Assembly: GCA_965200475.1 (NCBI GenBank)
Contig: CBDAUL010000009.1
Location: 53,893-117,892, forward strand
Source: Vicinamibacterales bacterium
GTDB taxonomy: Bacteria; Acidobacteriota; Vicinamibacteria; Vicinamibacterales; UBA8438
DNA length: 64,000 nt
Direction of reading: 5' to 3'
Positions 20,843-36,363 of the stretch are shown here, in pieces. Below the pieces are notes generated by a model that had not been told where the DNA came from, searched no databases, and worked only from the letters and a program-made list of their open reading frames with translations. Within the stretch, counting starts at the first letter, position 1. Every line of letters begins with the position of its first letter. The position numbers and the translations under genes were made by a program.

Positions 20843-20846
<4 letters not shown>
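20253..20846 (+). CDS. Hypothetical exported/lipoprotein-like protein
   Basis: 197 aa. N-terminal MLLLVAGLAPAA. The stop overlaps the recG GTG (GTGA). Confidence 0.6.
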
Positions 20847-22942
<2,096 letters not shown>

Positions 22943-22943
22943 C

Positions 22944-23501
22944 GTGCGCATCATCGCCGGCTCGCTCAAGGGACGCCGCCTTCGTCCGCCGCGCTGGGCC
23001 GGCCTGAGGCCCACGTCGGACCGCCTGCGCGAGACGCTGTTCAACGTGCTCGGCGACCGCGTGGTCTCCGCCAGCGTGCTGGACGCCTGCGCCGGCACGG
23101 GCGCGCTGGGATTCGAGGCCCTCAGCCGCGGCGCGCGGGCGGCGGCCTTCGTGGAGCGGGACCGGCGGGCGGCGACCCTGATCGCCGAGCACGCCGCGCG
23201 CTTCGGCGTCGCCGAGCGCTGCCGGATCGTCCGGGGTCCGCTTCCGCGGGTCGTCGACGACGGCACGCTTGCCGACACCTACGACGTGATCCTGCTCGAC
23301 CCGCCCTATGACAACCCCGAGATTGGTGCGATACTGTCTGCGGTAGGAGGGCGGCTGGCCGGTGGGGGAGTGCTGGTGCTGGAGCGCGCGCGCCGGGCCG
23401 ACCGGCCGCCGGCGGCCGGTCTGGCGTGGGGCCGCGAGATCGTCTCCGGCGACAGCGTGCTGGACTTCTACGCGCGGCTCCCGGGAGGCAGTCGGGACTG
23501 A
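22944..23501 (+). CDS. rsmD: 16S rRNA (guanine966-N2)-methyltransferase
   Basis: 185 aa. MRIIAGSLKGRRL, LDPPY. Confidence 0.88.
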   Translation: MRIIAGSLKGRRLRPPRWAGLRPTSDRLRETLFNVLGDRVVSASVLDACAGTGALGFEALSRGARAAAFVERDRRAATLIAEHAARFGVAERCRIVRGPLPRVVDDGTLADTYDVILLDPPYDNPEIGAILSAVGGRLAGGGVLVLERARRADRPPAAGLAWGREIVSGDSVLDFYARLPGGSRD

Positions 23502-23517
23502 CCGGCGAAGCAGCAGG

Positions 23518-24030
23518 ATGCAGGGCGATCATTCTCCGCGTCTGGCCGTGTACCCCGGGTCGTTCGACCCGTTGACCAACGGGCACGTCGACATCATTCA
23601 GCGCGGCGCGCGCCTGTTCGATCGGATCGTGATAGCGCTGCTGGTCAATCCCGACAAGTCGGCCCTGTTCTCGGTCGCGGAACGCGCCGAGATGGCGCGC
23701 GAGGTATTCGTGAGCCAGCCCGCCGTCGAGGTCGACACGTTCGACGGGCTGCTCGTCGACTACGCCCGCGGCCGCCGCGCGAACGTCATCGTCCGCGGCC
23801 TGCGGGCGATCTCGGACTTCGAGTACGAGATGCAGATGGCGCTCATGAACCGGCGCCTGAGCGCCGAGCTCGAGACGGTGTTCATGATGCCCGCGGAACC
23901 GTATACCTACGTCAGCTCCCGGCTGGTCAAGGAGGTCTTCGCCCTCGGCGGATCCGTGGCCGGCCTGGTGCCCGAGGTGGTCGCGGCCCGGCTCGCGGCC
24001 AAGCACGGCCTCGGGGCGGTGAGCGTCTGA
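23518..24030 (+). CDS. coaD: Phosphopantetheine adenylyltransferase
   Basis: 170 aa from ATG 23518. YPGSFDPLTNGHVDII. Confidence 0.93.
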   Translation: MQGDHSPRLAVYPGSFDPLTNGHVDIIQRGARLFDRIVIALLVNPDKSALFSVAERAEMAREVFVSQPAVEVDTFDGLLVDYARGRRANVIVRGLRAISDFEYEMQMALMNRRLSAELETVFMMPAEPYTYVSSRLVKEVFALGGSVAGLVPEVVAARLAAKHGLGAVSV

Positions 24031-24035
24031 CCGGC

Positions 24036-25247
24036 ATGCTCTCGCCGCGGGCGGCCCGCGTGCCTGCGTCGCAGACGCAGCAGGTGACGCTCGAGGTGAC
24101 CCGGCTGCGGCGGCGAGGGATCGATGTCGTCGACCTCGGCGCCGGCGAGCCCGACTTCCCGACGCCCGCCCACATCAAGACGGCCGGCATCTCGGCCATA
24201 ACCGAGGACTTCACCCGCTACACGCCGAACGCGGGCGTGCAGGAGCTCCGCGAGGCTGTCTGCGCGCGGTACCGCGCGGACTACGGCGTCCCGTTCGAGC
24301 CCGACGACGTCATCGTCGCGGCGGGCGGCAAGCAGGCGCTCTTCAACACGGCCATGGCGCTCTGCGGCGCGGGCGATCAGGTGATCGTGCACGCGCCCGG
24401 CTGGCCGAGCCTCCCGGCCCAGGTGCGGCTGGCCGACGCCGAGGTCGTGACGGTGCGCACGCATCCGGAGGACGGCTTCCGGCTGCACGCCGCGGCGGTC
24501 CTCGAGGCCTTCACGCCGCGGACGCGGGCCGTCGTCGTCAACTCGCCCGGCAACCCGACCGGGGCGCTCGTGAGCGAGGACGACCTGGCCGAGATTGCCG
24601 ACGCGGCGCACCGCCGCGGCGCGTGGGTCGTGCTCGATCTGTGCTACGAGCGGCTCATCTACGACGACGCGGCCCACAACCTGCCGCGGGTGCTGCGCGA
24701 GCGCCTGCCGGAGCGGTCGATTCTCGTGGGCAGCCTGTCGAAGAGCTACGCCATGACCGGCTGGCGCTGCGGGTGGGCAATCGGGCCGGCCGAGCTGATC
24801 GCGGCGTGCAACGTGGTGCAGAGCCACGCCACGTCCAACGTGTCGTCCATTACCCAGCGGGCGGCCATCGAGGCGCTCACCGGACCGCAGGACTGCGTGG
24901 CCGCCATGCGCGACGCCTACCGCGAGCGCCGCGACCGGGTGCTGGCGGGGCTGGCCGCGGAGAGCCGCATCCGCTGCGTGCGCCCCGGCGGCGCGTTCTA
25001 TCTCTTTCCGGACATCTCGGAGCTGCTGTCACCCGACGGGCTCCGGACGTCCGCCGACTTCGCGCAGGCGCTGCTGCGCGAGGCGCACGTGGCGATGACG
25101 CCGGGCGAGGCCTTCGACGCGCCCGGCTTCCTGCGTCTCTCGTATGCCGCGTCGCTGGCCCGCCTGGAAGCGGGCATCGAGAGGCTGCGGGCCTTCGCGG
25201 ACGGCCTGCCGCGCGGGGCGGGCCGCGCGCCGACGACGGGCGCCTGA
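24036..25247 (+). CDS. Class I/II PLP-dependent (aspartate/aromatic) aminotransferase
   Basis: 403 aa. NSPGNPTG and the PLP-lysine motif SLSKSYAMTGWRCGW. Confidence 0.9.
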   Translation: MLSPRAARVPASQTQQVTLEVTRLRRRGIDVVDLGAGEPDFPTPAHIKTAGISAITEDFTRYTPNAGVQELREAVCARYRADYGVPFEPDDVIVAAGGKQALFNTAMALCGAGDQVIVHAPGWPSLPAQVRLADAEVVTVRTHPEDGFRLHAAAVLEAFTPRTRAVVVNSPGNPTGALVSEDDLAEIADAAHRRGAWVVLDLCYERLIYDDAAHNLPRVLRERLPERSILVGSLSKSYAMTGWRCGWAIGPAELIAACNVVQSHATSNVSSITQRAAIEALTGPQDCVAAMRDAYRERRDRVLAGLAAESRIRCVRPGGAFYLFPDISELLSPDGLRTSADFAQALLREAHVAMTPGEAFDAPGFLRLSYAASLARLEAGIERLRAFADGLPRGAGRAPTTGA

Positions 25248-25255
25248 CCGCGATC

Positions 25256-26635
25256 ATGCTGTCTCCCGGTGTCATCGAGGCACTCGTGCAGGTCGTCGGA
25301 CCGGACCACGTCCGACAGGACGAGGCGAGTTGCCGCGAGTACGGCGCCGACGCGCTCCGGCAAGGCCGTCCGGCCGAGGCGGTGGTCTTTCCGGCCTCGG
25401 CCGCCGACGTGTCGGCGGTCGCGCGCCTCTGCGACCGTGAGCGGGTACCCCTGACGCCGCGCGGCGCCGGCACCGGGTACACCGGCGGCGCGGTTCCGGC
25501 AGCCGGCGGGGTGGTGCTGGCCATGGAACGGCTGGACCGCATCCTCGAGATCGACGAGGGGAGCCTGCTGGCGGTCGTCGAGCCGAACGTCGTGACCGCG
25601 CGCCTGCAGCAGGCGGTCGAGCGGATCGGCCTGTTCTACCCGCCGGACCCCGCCAGCCTGCAGCGCTCGGTAATCGGCGGGAACGTGGCCGAATGCGCCG
25701 GCGGGCCCCGGGCGTTCAAGTACGGGACGACGAAGCGCTACGTGCTGGGGCTCGAGGCCGTGCTGCCGACCGGCGAGATCATCGAGACCGGCGGCCGATC
25801 CGTCAAGAACGTGGTCGGCTACGACCTGACGCAACTGCTGGTCGGATCCGAGGGAACGCTGGCGATCATCACGAAGATCGTCCTGCGGCTCATCCCGAAA
25901 CCGCCGGCCCGCGCAACGATCCGCGCCGCGTTCCGGAGCGTCGAAGACGCGGTGAGCGCGGTGGGGCGCCTGGTGGCCGAGCGGGTCGTGCCGGCGGCCC
26001 TCGAGCTCATCGACGGCGACTGTCTCGATGCGCTGGCCGCGGCGGCAGGACGGCGCATGGCGGATCGGGACGCCGGCGCGCTGCTGCTGATGGAGGTCGA
26101 CGGCATGCCGGAGGCAGTCGCCGCCGAAGCGGCGCGCGTGAGGCTCGCCTGCGAGGCGCAGGGAGCCAGCGGGGTTCGGGAGGCCGGCGACGCGGCGGAG
26201 CGAGCCGAGCTCTGGCGGCTGCGCCGCGAGCTGTCGTTCGCCCTGCGGGCCCAGGCGCCGCTCAAGATCAACCACGACGTCGTGGTGCCCAAGGCCAGGA
26301 TTCCCGAGCTGTTCGCGGCCGTCGACGTCCTGCGTCGCTCCCTGCGGCTCCGCATGCCGAGCTTCGGGCACGTCGGCGACGGCAACATCCACGTCAACAT
26401 CCTCCTGGATCCGCAGGACCGGGCCGCCCTCGCGCGGGCGCGCGAGGCCGAACGCCGCCTGTTCGAGCAGGTCGTGCGCCTCGACGGCTCCATCAGCGGC
26501 GAGCACGGCATCGGGCGCTCCAAGGCGGCCTATCTGCGGCTGGAGCTGTCCGACGACGTCATCGCCCTGATGCGGCGGCTGAAGGCCGCCTTCGATCCGC
26601 ACGGCATTCTCAATCCCGGCAAGATCTTTCCTTAG
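25256..26635 (+). CDS. FAD-linked oxidase (GlcD / D-lactate dehydrogenase family)
   Basis: 459 aa from ATG 25256. FAD_binding_4 motif PRGAGTGYTGG, C-terminal SGEHGIG. Confidence 0.88.
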   Translation: MLSPGVIEALVQVVGPDHVRQDEASCREYGADALRQGRPAEAVVFPASAADVSAVARLCDRERVPLTPRGAGTGYTGGAVPAAGGVVLAMERLDRILEIDEGSLLAVVEPNVVTARLQQAVERIGLFYPPDPASLQRSVIGGNVAECAGGPRAFKYGTTKRYVLGLEAVLPTGEIIETGGRSVKNVVGYDLTQLLVGSEGTLAIITKIVLRLIPKPPARATIRAAFRSVEDAVSAVGRLVAERVVPAALELIDGDCLDALAAAAGRRMADRDAGALLLMEVDGMPEAVAAEAARVRLACEAQGASGVREAGDAAERAELWRLRRELSFALRAQAPLKINHDVVVPKARIPELFAAVDVLRRSLRLRMPSFGHVGDGNIHVNILLDPQDRAALARAREAERRLFEQVVRLDGSISGEHGIGRSKAAYLRLELSDDVIALMRRLKAAFDPHGILNPGKIFP

Positions 26636-28133
26636 TAGCAGCCCGTGGCAAAAGTCGGGGAACCGGCCTGGCTCCGGCGCGATCGACCTCGTACACTGAG
26701 ACACGATGGCAATGGGCAAGCGACCGGGAGCGCGACAGGGGTCGCCGCTGTGGGTGACGACGGCGGATTTGCCGACGAGTGCCGGGCATCCGTTCTTTGA
26801 GCGTCTGAACCGGGTTCTGGACGAGGGCGGGTTCGACGCTTTCGTCGAGGGACAGTGCGCGGTGTTCTACGCGGCGCGGGTGGGGCGTCCGAGTCTGCGT
26901 CCCGGGCGGTATTTCCGGATGCTGTTGATCGGGTATTTCGAGGGCCTGTCGTCGGAGCGTGGGATTGCGTGGCGGGTGGCCGACTCGCTGAGCCTGCGGT
27001 CGTTCCTGGACCTGGATGTGACCGAGGCGGCGCCGAACCACTCGACGCTGTCTCGGACGCGTCGGCTGATCGATGTGGAGACGCACGGAGCCGTGTTCAC
27101 GTGGGTTCTCGAGCGGCTGTCGGAAGCGGGTCTGGTTCGGGGCAAGACGGTCGGCGTCGATGCGACGACGCTGGAAGCGAACGCGGCGATGCGGAGCATC
27201 GAGCGTCGGGACACGGGCGAATCGTACGAGGCGTTTCTGCAGCGTCTGGCGGAAGCCTCGGGGCTTGCGACGCCGACGCGCGCGGAGTTGGCGCGTTTCG
27301 ACCGGTCCCGAAAGGGCAAGAAGACGTCGAACAAGGACTGGCAGTCTCCCCAGGATCCGGACGCGAAGATCACGAAGATGAAGGACGGTCGGACGCACTT
27401 GGCCCACAAGGCCGAGCACGGGGTCGACCTGGAGACGGGCGCCATTCTCTCGGTGAGTGTGCAGGATGCGTCGGCGGGTGATTCAACGACGTTGCCGGAG
27501 ACGCTGACGACGGCGGCCGAGCAGGTCGAGGCGGTTCAGCCGGACGGTGAGGGCGTCGAAGAAGTGGTCGCCGACAAGGGGTACCACAGCGACAAGACGC
27601 TGGTGGCGCTCGACGAGGTTGGGGTCCGCAGTTACATCTCGGAGCCGGAGCGGGGTCGTCGCCGCTGGCAGGACAAGAAGACCGGGGAGACGCCGCCGCA
27701 GAAGCGTGCTGCGCAGAAGGCATTGTACGGAAACCGCCGTCGCATTCGTGGCAACCGAGGTCGTCGTCTTCAACGCCGCCGCGGGGAACTGGTCGAGCGG
27801 CCTTTCGCGCACCAGTACGAGACCGGGGGTCTGCGTCGGGTGTGGGTGCGCGGCCACGAGAATGTCCGCAAGCGGGTGCTCATCCAGGCGGCCGGCTGCA
27901 ACCTCGGACTGCTCCTGCGCCGCTTGACGGGCGTCGGCACGCCCCGGAGCCTGCAGGGGCGGACTCTTTCGGCGATTTGCGGACTGATCGGGTGTCTGAT
28001 CGACCGTTGGGAGCGTCTGACGGTCGCCTGGGGGCCGAAACGGGCACCGGCGACGCTCGCCGGCTCAATTGCTCATTGTCAAGCTGGCTGAGCCGACCGG
28101 CGCAGCGAGAGGCCTTTTGCCACGGGCTGTTAG
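26636..28133 (+). mobile_element. Intact IS5/IS1182-type insertion sequence (about 1.5 kb)
   Basis: Terminal inverted repeats TAGCAGCCCGTGGCAAAAG (26636-26654) and CTTTTGCCACGGGCTGTTA (28114-28132), 18/19 matched. Flanked by TTAG (26632-26635 and 28130-33) or TAG (26636-38 and 28131-33) direct repeats. Single transposase ORF. Confidence 0.85.
26706..28091 (+). CDS. DDE transposase, IS5/IS1182 type
   Basis: 461 aa. N-terminal InsH/DUF772-like region (GRPSLRPGRYFRMLLIGYFEGLSSERGI), then DDE region with VADKGYHS and GELVERPFAH. Confidence 0.88.
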   Translation: MAMGKRPGARQGSPLWVTTADLPTSAGHPFFERLNRVLDEGGFDAFVEGQCAVFYAARVGRPSLRPGRYFRMLLIGYFEGLSSERGIAWRVADSLSLRSFLDLDVTEAAPNHSTLSRTRRLIDVETHGAVFTWVLERLSEAGLVRGKTVGVDATTLEANAAMRSIERRDTGESYEAFLQRLAEASGLATPTRAELARFDRSRKGKKTSNKDWQSPQDPDAKITKMKDGRTHLAHKAEHGVDLETGAILSVSVQDASAGDSTTLPETLTTAAEQVEAVQPDGEGVEEVVADKGYHSDKTLVALDEVGVRSYISEPERGRRRWQDKKTGETPPQKRAAQKALYGNRRRIRGNRGRRLQRRRGELVERPFAHQYETGGLRRVWVRGHENVRKRVLIQAAGCNLGLLLRRLTGVGTPRSLQGRTLSAICGLIGCLIDRWERLTVAWGPKRAPATLAGSIAHCQAG

Positions 28134-28221
28134 ACGGGGCTGCGCCCCGAACCCCCGGCGTTCGCTTGCGGGGACCCCACAGCCCCGCGCCGCTGCCGCC
28201 GAGGCGCGCCGTGCGCGCCTT
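28132..28221 (-). repeat. Family A repeat, copy A3 (inverted orientation, single)
   Basis: The reverse complement matches A1, including all three hairpins. Its CCCCGTCTAA end is the IS insertion point. Confidence 0.88.
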
Positions 28222-28244
28222 GCGCCGGCTGCGCCAGCGGGGTT

Positions 28245-29921
28245 CTACGGGGCCGGTGTCGGGCGGTTCGCCACCAGCACGACGCGTTGCAGGTGATCGG
28301 GACGCGGGTCGAGCAGCGTGCGCAGATTCAGCCCCCCGGTGTCCAGGTAGCTGACCTGCCCCAACCGGTCGAGCGGCACGCCCTGCGCTTCCAGCCGGTC
28401 GACGTCCTGCACCCGCAGCACGCACAGGACCCGCGCCGGGGCCCGCAGGAAGTCGGAGGCCGCCTGCAGGACGGGCAGCTCCACGAAGGCGGTGCGCGTA
28501 TAGAACACGAGATTCCTCGCAAAGACCGCGTGCCGGCCGTACCGCTCGTCGCCTTCGCGGCTGGCCGCAATCAGGGACGCCATCCGCTCGACCGGCGCCG
28601 GGCCCGGCGAGGCGAGCACGACGCAGTAGGTGACCAGGGTCGCGACGATCGCCGCGGCGGTCAGCGCCGCGGGTGTCCAGCGGTGCCGGACGACCGTGAG
28701 ACAGACGCCGATCCCGGCCGCCCAGAACGCCCCGGCGGCGGCCGTGGTCCACAGCGCGTCCCAGTCCACGAGCAGCGGCCGGGCGCGATAGGCCAGGATG
28801 CCCAGCAGCACCAGCACGGCGCCGGCCAGCGTGGTGCAGGCGGTGAGCAGGTGGTCGCGCGACGAGCGGCGGCCGAGCCGCTCGCGCAGCGTGGCGGCGA
28901 GCAGGACGGCCAGCGGGCTGACCATCGGCAGGATGTAGCGCGGCTGCTTGCCGACTGCCAACGTATAGAACAGCAGGGGAGCCAGGGCCCACCAGAGCAG
29001 GCGCACGGTGGCCGGGTCGACCCGGCGCGTCCGGGCGAACCGGGCCAGCGCCGGCAGCCACAGCAGCATGTACGGCGACCACGGCAGCATGCCGCCGATA
29101 GCGATCGGCAGGTAGTACCACCACGGCCGGGGGTCGTTGAAGCGGGCCGTCGCGAACCGGTCGAGGTTCTCGGTGACGAAGAACCGGTCGAGGTATTCGA
29201 CGCCGTGCACGACGGTCATGCCGAGAAACCAGGGCACGGCCACCACCAGGAACGCCAGCGCGGCCGGGACGAGGTGGGCGCGCCGGAGGTGCCACCGCGA
29301 GCGGCCCGCGAGGCGCTCCCAGCCGGCGAGGGGCAGGACCACCAGGACCGGCAGCGCAAGGCCCACCGGGCCCTTGGCAAGCACGCCGCCCGCGGCGGCG
29401 ACCGCCGCGGCGACGAGCCAGCGCCGCCGGCGATCGGCAGGGAGGGCGCCCCGCCGCCGCGGGGGATCCAGCGCGGCGACCAGCGCGCACCACGTGGCGA
29501 GGGTGACGAGCAGCGCGAGCGTCAGATCCGGAAGGGCCTGCCGGGCCATCGCCACGTGGCCGAAGCTCGTGGCCGCGATGAGGCCGGCGAGCAGCCCCGT
29601 GGCGTCGTCGAACCAGCGCCGGCCGGCAAGAAAGACGAGCAGGGTCAGGCCCAGTCCGGCCAGCGCGGAGGGCAGGCGCGCGGCCGCCTCGCCGACGCCG
29701 ACCAGGCGGTAGGCGCCGGCGGCAAGCCAGTAGTAGAGCACCGGCTTGTCGAAGCGATGCGCGTAGTTGAAGTGCGGCGTCAGCCAGTCGCCGCTCTCGA
29801 CCATCTCGCGGGCGCTCTCCGCATAGAATCCCTCGTCGGAATCGGTGATGGCCGGTAGACCCAGGCCGGCCAGGAACGTGAGCGCGCAAACGCCGATGAG
29901 CAGGAGCACGTGACGCGGCAC
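28245..29921 (-). CDS. ArnT/PMT-like (GT39/GT83) membrane glycosyltransferase
   Basis: 558 aa, polytopic. N-terminal DSDEGFYAESAREMVESGDWLTPHFNYAHRFDKPVLYYW is typical of the family. Confidence 0.85.
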   Translation of the reverse strand: MPRHVLLLIGVCALTFLAGLGLPAITDSDEGFYAESAREMVESGDWLTPHFNYAHRFDKPVLYYWLAAGAYRLVGVGEAAARLPSALAGLGLTLLVFLAGRRWFDDATGLLAGLIAATSFGHVAMARQALPDLTLALLVTLATWCALVAALDPPRRRGALPADRRRRWLVAAAVAAAGGVLAKGPVGLALPVLVVLPLAGWERLAGRSRWHLRRAHLVPAALAFLVVAVPWFLGMTVVHGVEYLDRFFVTENLDRFATARFNDPRPWWYYLPIAIGGMLPWSPYMLLWLPALARFARTRRVDPATVRLLWWALAPLLFYTLAVGKQPRYILPMVSPLAVLLAATLRERLGRRSSRDHLLTACTTLAGAVLVLLGILAYRARPLLVDWDALWTTAAAGAFWAAGIGVCLTVVRHRWTPAALTAAAIVATLVTYCVVLASPGPAPVERMASLIAASREGDERYGRHAVFARNLVFYTRTAFVELPVLQAASDFLRAPARVLCVLRVQDVDRLEAQGVPLDRLGQVSYLDTGGLNLRTLLDPRPDHLQRVVLVANRPTPAP

Positions 29922-29957
29922 GGCAACGTCATTCTATTTGACGGGTATACTGGAGAC

Positions 29958-30326
29958 ATGCCGACGGTGGCGGTGATCGGCGCGTCGCGGGATCGCCGGA
30001 AGTTCGGGAACAAGGCGGTGCGGGGATTCCTGCACGCCGGCTACACGGTGATTCCGATCAACCCGCGCGACGACGAAATCGAGGGGCTGCCGTCCTATCC
30101 CTCCGTGCTCGACGTCCCGGTCGACATCGACATGGCGACCCTCTACGTGCCCCCGGAGATCGGCGAGCGGATCGTCGGCGAGGTGGCCCGCAAGAAGATC
30201 CCGGTGCTGTGGCTCAATCCGGGCAGCGACGGACCCGAGGTCGTGCGCCGCGCGCGGGAGGTCGGGCTGGAACCGAGCGTCGGATGCAGCCTGATTGCCC
30301 ACGGGGAGTCGCCGGCCCGGTACTGA
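29958..30326 (+). CDS. CoA-binding domain protein (YccU-like)
   Basis: 122 aa from ATG 29958, with GGAG just upstream. VAVIGASRDRRKFGNKAVRGFLHAGYTVIPINP. Confidence 0.82.
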   Translation: MPTVAVIGASRDRRKFGNKAVRGFLHAGYTVIPINPRDDEIEGLPSYPSVLDVPVDIDMATLYVPPEIGERIVGEVARKKIPVLWLNPGSDGPEVVRRAREVGLEPSVGCSLIAHGESPARY

Positions 30327-30338
30327 CCGCGCGGCGTG

Positions 30339-30367
30339 TTGACATGGCCGGACGCCGATCCTATACT
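30339..30367 (+). promoter_or_regulatory. Near-consensus sigma70-type promoter of rho
   Basis: TTGACA (30339-30344)-N17-TATACT (30362-30367). Predicts a pyrimidine-rich leader of about 130 nt before ATG 30503. Confidence 0.65.
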
Positions 30368-30502
30368 CGCTTTTTTCTGTAGGATCCCAACCGGCTGTCG
30401 CGTCCCAACTCATTGCTCATCGCTCGCTGCGCACCTGCGGGGCGTGTCCGGCTGCACGGCAGGCTGGCGCGGAGTCCCTAACCACTCTCCCCATCCGAAC
30501 CT

Positions 30503-31894
<1,392 letters not shown>

Positions 31895-31907
31895 GACTCC
31901 GCGCCAC

Positions 31908-31996
31908 AGGCGCGCACGGCGCGCCTCGGCGGGAGCGGCGCGGGGCACAGGGGTCCCCGCAAGCGGACGCCGGGGGCTCGGGGCGCAGCCCCGTCT
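31908..31996 (+). repeat. Family A repeat, copy A4
   Basis: CAGGCGCGCACGGCGCGCCTCGGCGGGAGCGGCGCGGGGCACAGGGGTCCCCGC...GGGGCGCAGCCCCGTCT, 14 nt after the rho stop. Confidence 0.88.
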
Positions 31997-32001
31997 GAAT
32001 G

Positions 32002-32072
32002 AAGCCGGGAGCGGCGCGGGGCAGTGGGGTCCCCGTAAGCGAACGCCGGGAGCTCGGGGCGCAGCCCCGTCT
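32002..32072 (+). repeat. Family A repeat, copy A5 (lacks the first hairpin; direct tandem with A4)
   Basis: AAGCCGGGAGCGGCGCGGGGCAGTGGGGTCCCCGTAAGCGAACGCCGGGAGCTCGGGGCGCAGCCCCGTCT. Confidence 0.85.
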
Positions 32073-32094
32073 GATTGCAGGAGGAGGATTGAAC

Positions 32095-32283
32095 GTGGCG
32101 AAGATCACCGTGCGGCAGAACGGCCCGCTCCTCGTCGAGGGCGACGACGTGACGCTGGCGGACGCAACCGGCGCCGAGCTGCCGGTGGAGCGCCGGCCCT
32201 TCGCGCTGTGCCGCTGCGGCGCGTCGGAGAACAAGCCGTTCTGCGACGGCTCCCACAACCGGATCGGCTTCGACGGCTCCTAG
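32095..32283 (+). CDS. CDGSH-type iron-sulfur domain protein
   Basis: 62 aa from GTG 32095, with GGAGGAGGA upstream. CRCGASENKPFCDGSH motif. Confidence 0.8.
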   Translation: MAKITVRQNGPLLVEGDDVTLADATGAELPVERRPFALCRCGASENKPFCDGSHNRIGFDGS

Positions 32284-32368
32284 CCCGGCAATCGTCGCCT
32301 CCGGCTCCGGTTGCCGCCCAACCAACCCTCGCTAGGAGCCTACGCCGTTCTACGGCGCAGACTCCTAG
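32280..32368 (+). repeat. Family B repeat, copy B2
   Basis: CTAGCCCGGCAATCGTCGCCTCCGGCTCCGGTTGCCGCCCAACCAACCCTCG followed by the hairpin CTAGGAGCCTACGCCG-ttcta-CGGCGCAGACTCCTAG (32332-32368). Its first CTAG contains the CDGSH stop codon. Lies between convergent genes. Confidence 0.88.
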
Positions 32369-32383
32369 CCACGGGCTCCCCGC

Positions 32384-34995
<2,612 letters not shown>

Positions 34996-34999
<4 letters not shown>

Positions 35000-35919
35000 G
35001 CAACCGTCCCTTTCACCTGCGGGTCCGTCTGCTTCGCGAGGTCCGCGAGGGCCTCGTAGTGGGCGCGCTCCGCGCCGCTCAGCCGCTCCGGGATCGTCAC
35101 GCGGGCCGTGGCGAGCAGATCACCGGTGCGGGAGCGCCGCCCGGCGCCGGGCATCCCCCGACCCTTGAGCCGGAACACCTGACCCGGCTGGGTGGCCGCC
35201 GGAATCCTGAGGCGAACCGCCTGCCCGTCGAGCGGCACCATCTCGACGCTGCCCCCGAGGACGGCGGTAATCAACGGGACGGCGACCTCGACGTGCAGAT
35301 CGCGGTCGTGCAGGCTGAAGCGCGGATGCCGCGCGACGCGCACGCGCAGCAGCAGGTCGCCCGCCGCGGAGCCGCCGCTCCCGGGCTCGCCCTTGCCCGC
35401 GACGCGGATGAGCGCGCCGTCCGTCACGCCGGCCGGGATGCGCACGTCGACCGGCCGCGGCGGCGCGCCGCCGCGGATCAGCAGCCGCTGGGTCGACCCG
35501 CGGAACGCCTCGTCGAGGCTCAGCTCGAGCACGTGCTCGATGTCCGCGCCCCGTCCGGCGGGTCGCGCCGGGCGCCGGCCGGGGGCGGACCCGCCGAAGA
35601 AGGTCTCGAAGAAGTCGGAGAAGGGGTGCGCGGCGCCGAAGCCGAACGGCGCGCCCGCGAAGGGGCCTGCGCCTGCCGCCCGCGCCTGATCGTAGTGGCG
35701 CCAGTTCGCCCCCAGCTCGTCGTACCGGCGCCGCTTGTCGGGATCGCCGAGGACTTCGTGCGCCTCGTTGATTTCCTTGAAGCGCCTTTCGGCCGCGTCG
35801 TCCCCGGTATTGACGTCCGGATGGTACCGGCGCGCCAGCTTGCGGTACGCCTTCTTGACGGCCGCCGGCGCCGCGTCGCGGGCGACGCCCAGCACCTTGT
35901 AGTAGTCCTTGAACTCCAT
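34996..35919 (-). CDS. cbpA: J-domain co-chaperone without zinc finger (CbpA / class II DnaJ-like)
   Basis: 307 aa. DYYKVLGV...YHPDVN J domain, G/F-like linker, no CxxCxGxG repeats. 4-nt overlap with clpB. Confidence 0.85.
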
Positions 35920-35924
35920 GACCG

Positions 35925-36266
35925 CTACAGTCCCAGCAGCCGGGTGAGCCGATCGAGCTCCCGCCGGAGCGCACGCCGGCTGTTGCGCGAGCCGCCCTCC
36001 TCGTCGACCAGCGGGCGCATGCGCTCCACGACGTCGGCCACCTCCAGGAGCTGCTGCACGCCGGCCAGGTTGATGCCCAGCTCGTCGACCAGCCGCTTGA
36101 TGACGCGCAGCCGCTCGATCTGCTCGCTGGAGTAGAGGCGCATGCTGCCGATGGTCCGCGTCGGCCGCACGAGACCCAGGCGCTCGTACTTGCGCAGGGT
36201 CTGCGGGTGCATTCCCAGCTCCCGGGCCGCCATGCTGATGAAGATCACCTCACGGGCCATGCACAT
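35925..36266 (-). CDS. hspR: MerR-family heat-shock repressor HspR
   Basis: 113 aa from ATG 36266 (ATG 36260 is an alternative). MHPQTLRKYERLGLVRPTRT...RLYS...INLAGV closely resembles HspR. First gene of hspR-cbpA-clpB. Confidence 0.82.
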   Translation of the reverse strand: MCMAREVIFISMAARELGMHPQTLRKYERLGLVRPTRTIGSMRLYSSEQIERLRVIKRLVDELGINLAGVQQLLEVADVVERMRPLVDEEGGSRNSRRALRRELDRLTRLLGL

Positions 36267-36284
36267 CCCCGAGTTGCATCGATC

Positions 36285-36316
36285 CAAGTATAGGACTTGA
36301 TACGACCCATAGCAAG
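36285..36316 (-). promoter_or_regulatory. hspR promoter with a HAIR-like inverted repeat
   Basis: CTTGATA-N7-TAGCAAG (36296-36316), compared with the HAIR consensus CTTGAGT-N7-ACTCAAG. Adjacent CAAGT-N5-ACTTG (36285-36299). The minus strand reads TTGCTA(-35, 36310-15)-N17-TATACT(-10, 36287-92). Confidence 0.5.
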
Positions 36317-36363
36317 GTCGGCACCGCTCCTGCTACACTGAAGAAGCCTCTTCGGCGGGGAAC

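Noticed and set aside
32280-32368. Family B considered as a MITE derived from the resident IS.
   Set aside because: The element's two ends are not inverted repeats of each other, and they do not match the IS termini (CAGCCCGTGGCAAAAG). Only the CTAG boundaries are shared.
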